Shown: piece by piece, positions 38,336 through 50,110 of the stretch
Position numbering within the stretch: the stretch's first letter is position 1
Layout of the letters: every line of letters begins with the position of its first letter
NCBI GenBank assembly: GCA_013239625.1
Contig: MU053594.1
Location: forward strand, 2,794,127 to 2,858,126
Length of the DNA: 64,000 nucleotides
Source of the DNA: Lama guanicoe
Taxonomy: Eukaryota
Reading direction: 5' to 3'
Position numbers and translations under genes: made by a program
Notes under the pieces: model-generated
What the model was told of the DNA's origin: nothing
Database searches by the model: none
The model's input: only the letters and a program-made list of their open reading frames with translations

Positions 38336-38667
38336 GGAAAGAGAAGGACACTAACGAATTCATCTACCAAACAGAAACAGACTCACAGACAAAGTAAACA
38401 ATCTTATGGTTACTGAGGGAAAGGGGGTGGGAAGGGATAAATTTGGGAGTTTGAGATTTGCAAATGATAACCACTATATATAAAAGTAGAATAAAAAACA
38501 AATTTCTTCTGTATAGCACAGGGAACTATATTCAATATCTTGTAATAACCTTTAATGAAAAAGAATATGAAAACAAATACATGTACACATATGCTTGACT
38601 GGGACATTGTGCTGTACACCAGAAATCTGACACATTGTTAACTGACTATACTTCAATTTTTTAAAAA
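37900..38667 (+). mobile_element. 5'-truncated camelid-type L1 3' end
   Basis: ACTAAAAATAGACTTACCATATGATCCAGCAATC...GGAATACTACTCAGCCATAAAA...3' UTR homologous to 5600-5939. Confidence 0.95.
38238..38334 (+). repeat. Compound (GAAA)n/(GGAA)n microsatellite expanded from the L1 internal A-tract
   Basis: Directly visible; occupies the A-rich tract after the ORF2 stop seen in the other L1 copies. Confidence 0.95.
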
Positions 38668-38689
38668 GCCATACTTTCTAGCAGGAATT

Positions 38690-39300
38690 ACAAAGAACTC
38701 CATGAGCTGGTCCCGCCATACCTTAGCTCCTATAATACTCCCCTACTTAGCATCCACCTGGTAGTAAAATATGATGATTAGGGGCATCAGCTATGCAGTC
38801 AAGGTGGACATGGGTTCAAATACACATTCTGCTGTTTATCAGTATTCAGTAACTAAGTAATCTTCATCTGCAAAGTGGGGCTAATTATACCTACCACACA
38901 GGCTGTTGTGAAGCTTGGTGGAGATGATGTCTACAAAGCATCTAGCAAGTACTCGATACCTAGTTTGCAATACATTGTATGAGCTGTTCCTATTTGATTG
39001 GCCATTGTGCTCAAATGTGCTTATAGTTTTCTGGGCACAACATGCTTCTCCAGGATCTGTGCCTTTGCCAGGGGGGTGAATTCCTGCTCATTCTTTAAAA
39101 TTTAATCCAAACATCTGGTATCCTCTGTCAAGTTAGTCATTCTGTCCTCTGTGTCATCACCAAGTCATACTTCATTGTGGCACCAATCACAGGATAACTT
39201 TGAACTGAGGAGCCCTTGAGGGTGGGGACCATGTTTTATTCATCTTGGCCTCTCTAGTGCCTGACACAAAGTAGACACAAGATAAATGTTCAATTGGTGA
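38690..39300 (+). mobile_element. L2 fragment with a nested MIR (~38760-38980)
   Basis: MIR core TCTTCATCTGCAAAGTGGGGCTAATTATACCTACC; L2 end CCCTTGAGGGTGGGGACCATGTTTTATTCATCTT...GTGCCTGACACA. Confidence 0.65.
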
Positions 39301-39374
39301 GCATATTAAATAGGAAAAGATAAAAATTTAAGTGAAGGAAAGATTTGAGATTCTAGAGACTTCAAGTTTTTTAA

Positions 39375-39870
39375 ATGTTCTTGCCATTTGATTCAGTAAT
39401 TCTAACTCTGGGAGTTAATTAGGAAATAATCCTAATTAGAGAAAGCATGTAAATATAAAAGGGTTTTTTTTTTGCAGGGCTATTTACAATATCACAAACC
39501 ATAATAATGAAGCTAAATATCTAATAATAGAGACATGATTAACATTGAAAATATTCATAACTACTTGACAAAATATGCACTCATTAGATATAATGAGTAT
39601 AAAAACTACACAATGACAAGGGAACATGCCACTGATATAAAAATAAGTGAAAAAGGAAGAATGTAAAATTAAAAGTATTATCTAAATGCACACAAACATA
39701 CATGCATGTGCACATTCACACAGAGGAAAGGACTGAAGGGAACCACACCAAACTGCCAATCAAAACATAGGTTTTTAGTGACATTTCCTTTACTGGGGAA
39801 GACACCATTTCACAATTCAACTCCTACATTTCTATAAATAATGTATTACTTTTACAAAAGTTTTAAAATT
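39375..39870 (+). mobile_element. Ancient L1 (L1ME-like) 3' end
   Basis: TTTGATTCAGTAATTCTAACTCTGGGA...CTAAATATCTAATAATAGAGA...AAAGGACTGAAGGGAACCACACCAAA. Confidence 0.6.
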
Positions 39871-42800
39871 ATAATGTGCTATACAACATGGATTTCTGAA
39901 CTTCCCTAGGAATGTTCAGCAGGGGCAGGATCAGAGGAACCTGATGGTCAGGCTTCCTCAGAAGTGAAGAAACTGGGAGGATCCTAATTAAAGAATCATA
40001 AGCTTGGCTCCCCATGAGGTCCAGTCTGGATAGGGAAGCATATTAAAGCAGAATAGGGTCATGGTCTGAGAAAATGTGGTCAGAGAGAATTTTAAAGCTT
40101 TATGCCTTGGAAATAAAATCACTCTGAATGCCAAGCTGAAATAAATGGATAGCTTATTTGGTCTTATTTTAAGACATCATTTTAATAAGCTAATTCATCT
40201 GGTTTCACAACCCACGGAAGGTTAGAAGCAGCTAGTTGAAGGAGGCATAGTAAACCAGGTTCGACGGTCCAAACTGCTGGACTCTACAGAGGAACAGGAG
40301 CTGACTCTACAGAGGTGGCAGGCACAAAGACTCAGAAAGCATCACAAACGAGGACCCTGGGGAAGGACAAATGATGTACACTCGTGAGTTGGCACGAAAG
40401 ATATCATTGCATTACAGTGCAGTGTGAATTACAGTGTGGCAGCTTGTGCTTGAAAAAAATGATTCCTATAGTCGAAACAGGAACCCAGTATCTTCCCTTT
40501 AAAAATGTCGAAATCAATGAGAAAATGTGAATGAAAGCACTTTGTAATGTGTAAAATGCGACACAATTGGTCAATTATTTTTTAATATCCTCAGCATAGG
40601 AAGATAGTGGAACACAAAATGCATTTTAAATGCATCTATCCAAGCCAATTAATTTATAATTGGTGCTTAACAGTATAATTGTCATTTATCTGGAAATTTT
40701 ATTTATGTAGAATGCCTCATCATATAATACTGCTGAATAAAAAAGACATTATTGTCCCACTGGGATGATGTCTCATAACTTAGAACAAATGAGTTATTCA
40801 GATTCTTTCCAGAACAAATTTTGAGAGAGAGAGAGAGTGAATATAATAGCTCCGGGCATCTGGGGGGAGGGGATGCCACAGATGTGGAAAAAAGGAGCAG
40901 AAAGAGGCAGTACGGTTGTCTAAAATAAACTTTCCTTACTCCCCACTTTCACTAAATGTTGGCCAGTGACTGGCTGGCAGGCTGCAAGCCAAATTCCAAA
41001 AGGACAACTAAATAAACAGTTAATGCGAGTTCTTCTGCAAATTTGCACATGCCCACCCACACAAGCACTAAATCAAACTTTTCCCAAGTGAAATCAGGCT
41101 GCAGGCAAATTAGAATTGTTACCTATTCTTTCCTCATTAGGTGTCTTTACTGTGACTCTGGCTCCGGAGAAGAGTTTGGCTGTCAAGCAAGCCAATGGCT
41201 AATTGGATCCCTAAGTCAGATCCCTTCCTGAACATGGCCACAATACCTACTGTCCTCGAGGAAGGGCTACAGTCAGTGTGACAGCGGTGGAGTCAGATTT
41301 ATGCTTGCAGAAAAGAAAACAAGCCCACGTTCTCTGACATATGTCTTAACTTTGACCAGCTCAGACTGGGTTGGATTGCTGTTTGATTTCCAGAGGGCCA
41401 TGTGCCTGGCCGCCCAGGGGAATAGACAGTGCTCAGAATGAATATTGAAATACCAAGTCATTATTTGCTCTGGGGGACTGCCAGAGCAGCCTGCTGCCTG
41501 GGTTTTAGGGGAGCAGAATAAAGGGTTCCTATTTTAAAGGCCCAGAGTAGAAGAATTCTCTGTAATCCTTCCCAGAAAGAACAAAATGAAGCCACAGCAA
41601 ACAGGAATGAATCGAAATAATATGTAGGATGAAAAAGAGCATCACTTATGGTGAGCAAAAAGTGAGTGGTAGGGCCTGAGATCAAGAGTTCTAAGTGGGT
41701 CCCTCACCTGCCCTAACGCTTGTATGCAGGTTAAACTAGTTTAGAAAAAAAAAAAGCCAAGGGCAGATTTGAAAGGGGACAGGAAGTACGTATCAGCCCT
41801 ACCAACAATCTTCAACCCCTGTCTGAGTAGCATGAGTGGGAGGGTAGCCAACTGTGGATGTGTAAAGCGCATGCCTGTTTGAAAGCTCACAGCATCTGAG
41901 CTGGTGCCCTCTGAATGCTTAATTTATCAAAGGCAGAGGCAGCAAGGCATCTGATCAGAAGGATGGGCTAAGACTTCCCCAGGCACTTTTCTGAAGGCTG
42001 GCCGTTCTGAAGGTCATCCTGCTACAGCGTGGGAAGTAATTTCACGGGCTGGTGGTGATTCCGCCTTGGGTTATGGTAGACAAAGTCGAGACCAACCATG
42101 ATGTTTGGGATCCTCCACTGTGGTGTGATGAAGGAGAGTAATTCTGTTGAATTCTGATAACTTTGGAGGCACAGTGCAAAGAAAACTACTTTTCCCCTTG
42201 GAGGGGATGGGCTCACCATTTGAGGTAAATGGCCCTCGCTGGAAGCGGGTTCCAAGCTCCTGTTAGGAAGGAATATCCCGTTTTCCTTTCAGGAGGTGGC
42301 ATTTCACTTAATTATAAAAGTATATCCTAAAACATTTTTTTTTAAATAGGGCATCCTTACCCAACCCCTGGCCCTTGAAGACTACACCATAAAGTTATGG
42401 GTCTCTGCTTGGATAGGACCAGCTTGGAATGCTGGGTCAGAGGGCAGCATTCACTGTGGCTAAAAGATGGGACCTTTGATTTGAGTGAAAGCCAATTCTG
42501 GAGTGTCCTGGAACCATAGGAACCAAATCAGAAGCACGTACTAATGATAAGCAAAAAACAATTGGCCGCCTGCCTAGACATCACTTAGAAGCATTAGCTT
42601 CCTGAGGTAAGTCCCACACATAGAGTCTTCAGGATGACGGGTGTGCAGCAGGCACCCGGGGCAGCAGCATTCATTTGTTCTCCCTGAGAAAACCACTTCC
42701 CAGGCAGCCACACCACAGGGGGCTGCACCAGGGGTTGCAGATACAGGAGCATTATGTGAGAGCAGGGAGCAGCACCCATCCCTGGACTGATTTCTGAGAT

Positions 42801-44484
42801 TTGGGGCCTCTTTCTTAGTGTATTCCAATTAAGGATTTACACGTCCCTAGGGTGGCCTTTATTGTAATCCAGCTGCACAAGTCCACTGATAATGTAATTC
42901 CCACTGTAAGTCAGGGAAGGTCCAGACCCATCGAAAGACAAGGCACTGCTTTCCCGTAGAACAGGTGGGGTTTCAGGAGCCCTACAATGGAAGTTTACAG
43001 ATCCCCAGTCAGATTAGGATCAACAGCAAGACGTGTGGAACAGAACACCAGCTTTAGCTTCGGAAGACCTGAGTTCAAGTCTAAGCTCCCTCACTTACTT
43101 CCTGTTGATGTGCTCACAGGATTAAATGAGATACTGCATCCCAGGACACTTGTCTTGCCCCATCAGAAGTCATCACTTTCTTCTGTGCCCACATAGCCCA
43201 TTTTATTTATGTCTCTTATAAGACACCTTACAGTTTGGCTCTTAACACTCGTATGTAAGTCCAACGCATTAAACTGTGAGCTCTTTGAAGGCAGAAATAA
43301 TACCTTATACGGATTTCTTCACATCCCTGATCCTGAACATAGCTCACTTATATGAATTAGCACATTTATGTAACTTATATTACAAAGAACTCAATAAATA
43401 TATGTTTAGCCGAATTTAATTCAAGTAAGTTGAGTTGAATAGAACTTGTTGCCCAATTTGCCCCTCAACTACCACTTCCTACTGGGAGTATGTGGACTGA
43501 GCAGTAGGCAGTGCTGGGCAGCTTGGGCAAAGGGGACTCTGGAGTGGATTCTAATCCGAGCTTGGGATGGGGTTGAAGCAGCAAACCACGGCACTGGAGG
43601 AGTTGTGTCTGCCATGACTTTCTGTACAGGCTGAGGGTGTAGAGTCAAATCCAAACATCGGAGCCATGCTTCTGGTGCCATGAGTTCTTCTTACCTAGCT
43701 GAGATGACCCTTTCAGTAGCTCCACTTCCCCTAATTTGTTTCTCCATTTCTAGATCCAGGATGTTGTCTCTAAGAAAAACTGTATCCATGGCTAAGACAA
43801 GAAAGATGGGAAATGACTTTGGGGGTGGTAAGTGCATTTGTGTCATCCTCTTAATACTTATTTTGATATTATGAGTTTTTAAAGACTATATCTGCCCTTG
43901 ATCTTTCACAGGTGAATTACTGAGATTTTATATTGGAAAGAGTATTTGTAAACTTCAAAAGACTTTGCCGAATTAAGTTGCTGTTATGAGAGCAAAAATG
44001 GAACACGGCTTCAGTTGCCTCTGTTTCATCACTTTTAACTTAAGGAATTTGTAAACTTGGATCCATGTCCTACAGCCAGCTCCTGTGTCCAGCTGTCAGG
44101 AATGTCACAGCTGAGTCAGGGTGTTCTGTGGGGCCATCCTCGCCACCCCAGGATCTCCTCTCCATTGCCTGGGCCACCCATTAGTTGGACTTTTGCCTGC
44201 CTCATACTAATTATGCCCTCAAGCATAGGATAAATCTAAACCAAGTTCCTTTGGGTGTTTCTAGGGGTTAGACATTCTTGACTTTGAAATCATGTGGTAC
44301 TTCATTATCTTCTATGAGCATTGCTTCTGGGGCCAGCATCACTCCAGGAAGTGCAGAGCACCCTGGCTAAAAGTGAGTCCTGGAGTGTTTCCAGTTCTTC
44401 TGAAAGAGAAGTTGATGTTTGAGTAGTATTTGGCATTCAAGACTTTGCAATACAAGAAACTCAATCTTTCAAAAACAGGGGTCA

Positions 44485-44720
44485 TAATAATATCAAACAC
44501 CTTATAGTACTTTCCATGTGCCAAGAACCATTCTAAATTATTTCTGTCATATGTATTTAGTTAATTCATACTACGGCCCTGTGAGGGAGGCATTTTTAGT
44601 AACCCAGCTTTACCACGAGTCAAGGACACAGAGAAATAAACACCTTGCTCACGGTTATACAGCTCTGCGGTAGTACCGGCTGCATCTGAACCCAGACAAT
44701 AAGGTTCTAGACTCTTATTT
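44485..44720 (-). mobile_element. MIR
   Basis: CATGTGCCAAGAACCATTCTAAA...CCCTGTGAGG...CCTTGCTCACGGTTATACAGCT...TGAACCCAGAC. Confidence 0.7.
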
Positions 44721-45136
44721 ACTAGGCTATTCATTGGAAGGGAGCATAGAAAAGCAAAAGACACAAATCCCAAAATCTCATCACAGCAAGTAATTTTAAC
44801 TATTTTCCCCTCATTAAACTCTTCCAAGATGTAAAGTTTTGTCACATAAATTTTTTTCTCCTAACATCTTTATGATAATGATCAGCAATTGTATGTTTCT
44901 ACTGAAGCCCAGTATTTACCAGGAATTGACCTCATAGTGGAATATGAGCATAAATAAATTATGTCCACAAATAATTCACAACTTATAAGGGGAAACAGAC
45001 ATATAAATAGTAGGTCAATGTATTAGAGTAGAAATATAAAGAAAATTGTTCTTTGCAGGAACACTGAAGAAGAATAGTTAATTTTGCCTGGAGGTCCAGG
45101 AAGTCAGAAAGAGAAAGAGAAGAAATGAAGACTTGA

Positions 45137-45972
45137 AGACTAGGAATAGACTTACCATATGACCCAGCAATCCCACTCCTGGGCATATATCCAGAAGGAA
45201 CCCTACTTCATGATGACACCTGCACCCCAATGTTCATAGCAGCATTATTTACAATAGCCAAGACATGGAAACAGCCTAAATGTCCATCAACAGGTGACTA
45301 GATAAAGAAGATGTGGTATATGTATACAATGGAATACTACTCAGCCATAAAAACTGACAACATAACGCCATTTGCAGCAACATGGATGCTCCTGGAGAAT
45401 GTCATTCTAAGTGAAGTAAGCCAGAAAGAGAAAGAAAAATACCATATGAGATCGCTCATATGTGGAATCTAAAAAAAAAAAACCCAAACAAAGCATAAAT
45501 ACAAAACAGAAACAGACTCAGAATATAAACTTGTGGTTGCCAAGGGGGTGGGGGATGGGAAGAGATAGACTGGGATTTCAAAATTGTAGAATAGATAAAC
45601 AAGATTATACTGTATAGCACAGGGAAATATATACAAGATCTTATGGTAGCTCACAGAGAAAAAAATGTGACAATGAAAGAAACAGACTCAGAATATAAAC
45701 TTGTGGTTGCCAAGGGGGTGGGGGATGGGAAGAGATAGACTGGGATTTCAAAATTGTAGAATAGATAAGCAAGATTATACTGTATAGCACAGGGAAATAT
45801 ATACAAGACCTTATGGTAGCTCAAAGAGAAAAAAATGTGACAATGAATATATGTATGTTCATGTATAACTGAAAAATTGTGCTTTACACTGGAATTTGAC
45901 ACAACATTGTAAAATGATTATAAATCAATAAAAAATGTTAAAATTAATTAATTAATTAATTAATAATAAAAA
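45137..45972 (+). mobile_element. 5'-truncated young camelid-type L1 3' end with 17-bp TSD and an internal 170-bp duplication
   Basis: TSD AAGAAATGAAGACTTGA 45120-45136 / AAGAAATGAAGATTTGA 45973-45989; ORF2 C-terminus, 3' UTR, AATAAA and tail. Confidence 0.96.
45508..45847 (+). repeat. 170-bp direct tandem duplication, 2 copies, 3 mismatches
   Basis: 45508-45677 versus 45678-45847; differences at 45599/45769, 45639/45809 and 45654/45824. Confidence 0.97.
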
Positions 45973-46174
45973 AAGAAATGAAGATTTGAGAGAAGTTTAG
46001 AAGGAGATGTGGATTAACTCCCAATAACTCAAAATCCTTTCAATTCAATAGGTGTTCGCACAGAAACTACTATGATTCTAGCATTATATTAGAGGTGAAA
46101 AGAATTTGAAGGCTAATATGACAAGGTCCCTACCTCAACACATATACAGTCTTCTTGCAGGGATAAAAGTTATA

Positions 46175-46357
46175 CAGTCATCCCTCAGTATCTGCAGGAA
46201 TTGGTTCCAGGACCCCCCCACAGATACCAAAATCTGCAAGATGCTTAAGTGCCTTATATAAAATGATATAGTACAGTCAGCTCTTTGTATCTGTAATTTT
46301 CCACCCATGGTTGGTTGAATCCAGGGATGTAGAACTGCAGATATGGAACACAGACTA
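46175..46357 (+). mobile_element. TcMar-Tigger MITE (MER2/Tigger2-like)
   Basis: TA|CAGTCATCCCTCAGTATCTGCAGGAATTGGTTCCAGGACCCC...GGTTGGTTGAATCC...GACT. Confidence 0.85.
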
Positions 46358-46777
46358 CACCCATAACGCTATAAGAAGTCTATGATAAAGTTCCAAATGC
46401 ATCATGTAGACAAGAAATGCAACAGGAGATGAGAGGAGGGAGCTACAAATAACGGAGTTAGGCAGTCACAAAGAATTTCATGGAAATAGGACCTCACTCT
46501 ACGTGTTTTGTGTAGTACCCTTACAATGACTCCACCTCATTTACCTATCCTTAGTTCCTCCTAGCTGGAACTTTTTTTCATTTTGTTACATTTATTTTTA
46601 TAAGCCAGTTTAAATCATTTTTTGATAAAAGGATAAGGAAGGAGGAATGACAGGAGGGGAGGGAGGAAAGAAGGAAGTGAAGAGGGAAGGAAAAGTGTCT
46701 CCATTAACCGCTGAACCTTATTATGCCCCGAGCCATGCAGTCCAGTAGCGTATTATTATGTAAAGAGCAGAGTAAAG

Positions 46778-47100
46778 CAAAGTGAGTAAGAACCTAAGCT
46801 TATGAGCTGGACTCCAGGGGTTCCACTCTTAGCTCTGCCACTTACAGGTGTGTGACCTTGGACAAGTTACTTGTATTTTTAAAAAGTCTTGAAGAGAGAA
46901 GTCTGAAACTATTTCTATATGAAGATTTTGAACGTTTCTGTGTATTTTGCTTTTCTGTGCCCACCACTTCATAAACCACATATTGAAGCCTCAGTTTCCT
47001 CATCTAGAAGATGGAAATAATAATTGTACTCTCCTCAATGGGTGTATTGAGAGGATTAAATGAGTTAATTACATCAAAGTGCTTAAGGCAGCCTCTACAC
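46778..47100 (+). mobile_element. MIR with a ~110-bp internal insertion
   Basis: AGCTCTGCCACTTACAGGTGTGTGACCTTGGACAAGTTACTT ... GCCTCAGTTTCCTCATCTAGAAGATGGAAATAATAAT...GAGGATTAAATGAG. Confidence 0.85.
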
Positions 47101-47329
47101 AAAATTATTATTCATTAGTCATTCAACAATTATTTCATGACCATTCGCTGTATTCCAAGAACTGAGCTAAATCTTGGGAATATGTAAATAAACAGCCCCT
47201 ACATTCAAGGATTTCACAATCTAGTGGGAAGAACACTAAACAAATAATTTTAATAGAGTTTGGTATTTGCTAAATTAGCAGTATGCATAAGCATATCTTC
47301 ATATTATGCTTCTACTAGGGTAGCACAGA

Positions 47330-47950
47330 ATACATTAACTTTTTATTAGTCATATCAAACTATTGGCTAAAATTGAGCTTGAGATCAAACAAAACTTCCA
47401 GATATTGTCATAGGAAGTATTGCTTATTCAAGCCTTCTCCTTCCTGTACCATGCAATCAAAAATTTCTATACTCATATATTTTTTTCTGTATTACATCTC
47501 ATTTGCTTTAAGCCTGTCATCTTGACTTTGTAGGAATGCTTTATCTGTGTCATCCCTGCCCTAGTTCTCTCTGCCAGGTTTCTGTCATCTGTAGATTTGA
47601 TGAGTGTGCTTCCCACATCTTTACCAGGTTTACTGAAGAGGACAGTCGTGGACAGAGCCCCATGGTGCCATGAAAGACTTCCCTTCGCAGTAGTACTGTG
47701 TTATAAATCACCTTAATGATATGCAACCAACAGTAAATTTTATCTACTGTGTTATCATTCAATCCATGTTTTTCAGTTTCGCTCGCCAGAATATTTTACT
47801 GAGGTACCTCGTTAGGTAATAAGAAACTAAGGTGTTTTGCTAAAATCAAGATATATACCCTGGTCTACTAGTGCAATAACCCTATCAAAAAAAGGAAAAA
47901 TCCTTTTTCATGATTCATTCTGACTCTTGATAATCATCACGCTCTATTCT
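47330..47950 (-). mobile_element. L3/CR1 LINE, RT-region fragment
   Basis: Reverse complement contains TTTCCTTTTTTTGATAGGGTTA...GTAGACCAGGG...CTTGATTTTAGCAA (SFFDRV..LVDQG..LDFSK) and ATCAAATCTACAGATGACAGAAACCTG (decayed IKFADDTKL). Confidence 0.7.
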
Positions 47951-48279
47951 AGTATTAAACTACCTAATTATCACACCTCTCTAGTTCCCCATCCCACCCC
48001 TTCCCACCTCCTAAATTGTGAGCTTCTCCAGGTCAACACCAAACTCTTGATGCCTAGCATAATTCCTGATATATGACAGATGATCAATAGTTGTTGAATA
48101 AATGAATGAAACTGTCTGTCCTATTTGGTTATAGTTCAAGTTTTATCCAGGATATTCCTTTGCTAAATTGCAATTACTATTTCAGGACAAGTATGTGGTC
48201 ACACGTTTCTTAATTTATTAAGTTATGGGTTATTAATAATAGTAATAATTTTAGGCATTTAGGGTATCTAATGTTAATA

Positions 48280-48612
48280 AGAATGACAGTGTAATGTTAA
48301 TGGATAACAAAGAGAAAATAGAACTCAACTTCTGTTTTACTTCTGCCTTTTCAAGGAAAATTATCTCCATGTTGAAAAAAGATAGAATAAAATGGCTGAG
48401 GTAGATACTGAAACTGTGAGAAGTCATCCGCCTGCTCCCTGTGAGTTCAAGTTCCTCAGTGAATTAAAGCCAGGGAACTCAGAAACCTTGCAAGCAAAAT
48501 CACTGTACCCATACCAGTGAGTTCTAAAGAGAAGCAGAGTAGGGGTTTTAGAAGACATAATAAGTAAAGGCAAGTAGCATTCTAGTTTTCTAAAGGGGAA
48601 ATAAAGTGGAGT
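48280..48612 (+). mobile_element. L3/CR1 LINE ORF2 fragment upstream of the RT core
   Basis: AGAGAAAATAGAACTCAACTTCTGTTTTACTTCTGCCTTTTC (KAE.LN..F.S.F), GAGTTCAAGTTCC...GAATTA...CCAGGG, CTAGTTTTCTAAAGGGGAAA (PIFKKGK-like). Confidence 0.6.
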
Positions 48613-48619
48613 GGCATTT

Positions 48620-49455
48620 TATTTGTTTTTAATTTACTCTCTTTGTCTGAATTTGGTATCAACGCTATTTAATACCATAAAATGAGCTGAGAATTTTTTC
48701 TCTTTTTTCTATTATCTTGAAGACTTTGAATAAGATGCAATGATTTGTTCTTTAGAGTTTTGTAGAACTCACCTATAAAATCACCTGATAAGATGTTTTC
48801 ATTCAAGGAAGGTTGTTGATTACTGATGGAATTTTTTTAAAATTATAGGACTGTTTAGGGTTTCTATTTCTCCCTGAGGAATATGTTCATTTTGTATATG
48901 TTTAAATTTTATGGCCAAAATATAAACATATTATTCTCCCACTAAGTCTGCTATACTGTATTATAACTGCTCTTCTTTCCTAAGATTTTGTGTGTTTTAG
49001 CTTTTTTTCTAAGATTAGTTTCAGCAGAGATGGGTTTATTAATTTTTGGCTATGTTGATCTAAATTATTATATATTTATGCTCTGTTTTTCTAGTTTCTG
49101 CTTTTATTATCTTATTACTTTTGCTTTCTTTAGTTCTGCCGTTCCTTTTCTAAAATGTTTTACCCTTAGCTCATCCAGTTTCATTCTGTTTTTAATGAAA
49201 GTATTTAAAGCTATAAAATTCTCTTTGCCCACCTTTTAACTATATCCCACACACTTTTAATTATATTATTTTTATTATTATTCAGCTCAAAGTATTTTCT
49301 AAGCTTTTTGGGTGGAGGAGTAAGGCTAGTTTGTGCTTTGCACTGTAGACGCATGATACAATCTGTATGACACTGATCCTTTGATAGTTGAGGAGGTGTT
49401 TTTTGCCCAAAGTGTGGTCAGTATTTGTAAATGCTCCGTGTGTACTTGAGAAAAA
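48620..49455 (-). mobile_element. Ancient L1 (L1M) ORF2 fragment
   Basis: T-rich antisense L1: GTAGAACTCACCTATAAAATCACCTG, GTATTTAAAGCTATAAAATTCTCT, GTGTGGTCAGTATTTGTAAATGCTCCGTGTGTACTTGAGAA. Confidence 0.7.
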
Positions 49456-49457
49456 CA

Positions 49458-50110
49458 CAGGTGATCCTCATTGTTTGCAGATTCCATGTTTGTGAATTCA
49501 CCTCCTCACTAAAACATGTTTGTAATGCCAAAAGCAATACTCAGGGTGCTTTTGCAGCCATTTGTGGACATGCGCAGAGCAGGGAAAACTCTGAATTGCA
49601 CAACGTGCTCGCTTCCAACTGAGGTCAAACTAGGTAACACTCTGCCTTGTTGTTTCAGCTCCCTTGCTCTGAACAAGTGTCCTTTTCACCATCTATGTAG
49701 TGTCAGTGTTTTTGCATTTTAATACTTTTTGGTGGTGATTTTTTTGTTACCTAAAACAAGCCTCCAAGCGTGGTAGTAAAGTGCTGTCTGGGTCCTAAGG
49801 ACGAGAGAGCTGTAATGTGCCTTATGGAGAAAACACATGTGTTAGATAAGTTTTGTTCAGGTATGAGTTACAGGGCTTTGGCGTTGAGTTCAATGTCAGT
49901 GAATCAACAGTTTATATGAAACACAGTGTCTTTAAACAGAAACACACATAAAACAAGGTTATGTATTTTAGTAGTCAGTAGATTAAAATGCCATGATAAG
50001 AGGTTCTGAGGAACTTAATCTTGTGTTTCTCTTAGGACTAGTGATTCAATATTCACTAATTTAAAGTGTTGCTGGGACTTTATAACTGCCAGGAATAATA
50101 ACAACCAATC
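49458..50110 (+). mobile_element. TcMar-Tigger element (MER82-like), near full length
   Basis: CAGGTGATCCTCATTGTTTGCAGATTCC...GGACATGCGCAGAGC...GTCTTTAAACAGAAACACACATAAAACAAGGTTATGTATT. Confidence 0.85.

Noticed and set aside
42060..42259. Minus-strand coding exon after CTTCCTAACAG (ELGTRFQRGPF...)
   Set aside because: Translation resembles no protein I recognise and I found no partner exons.
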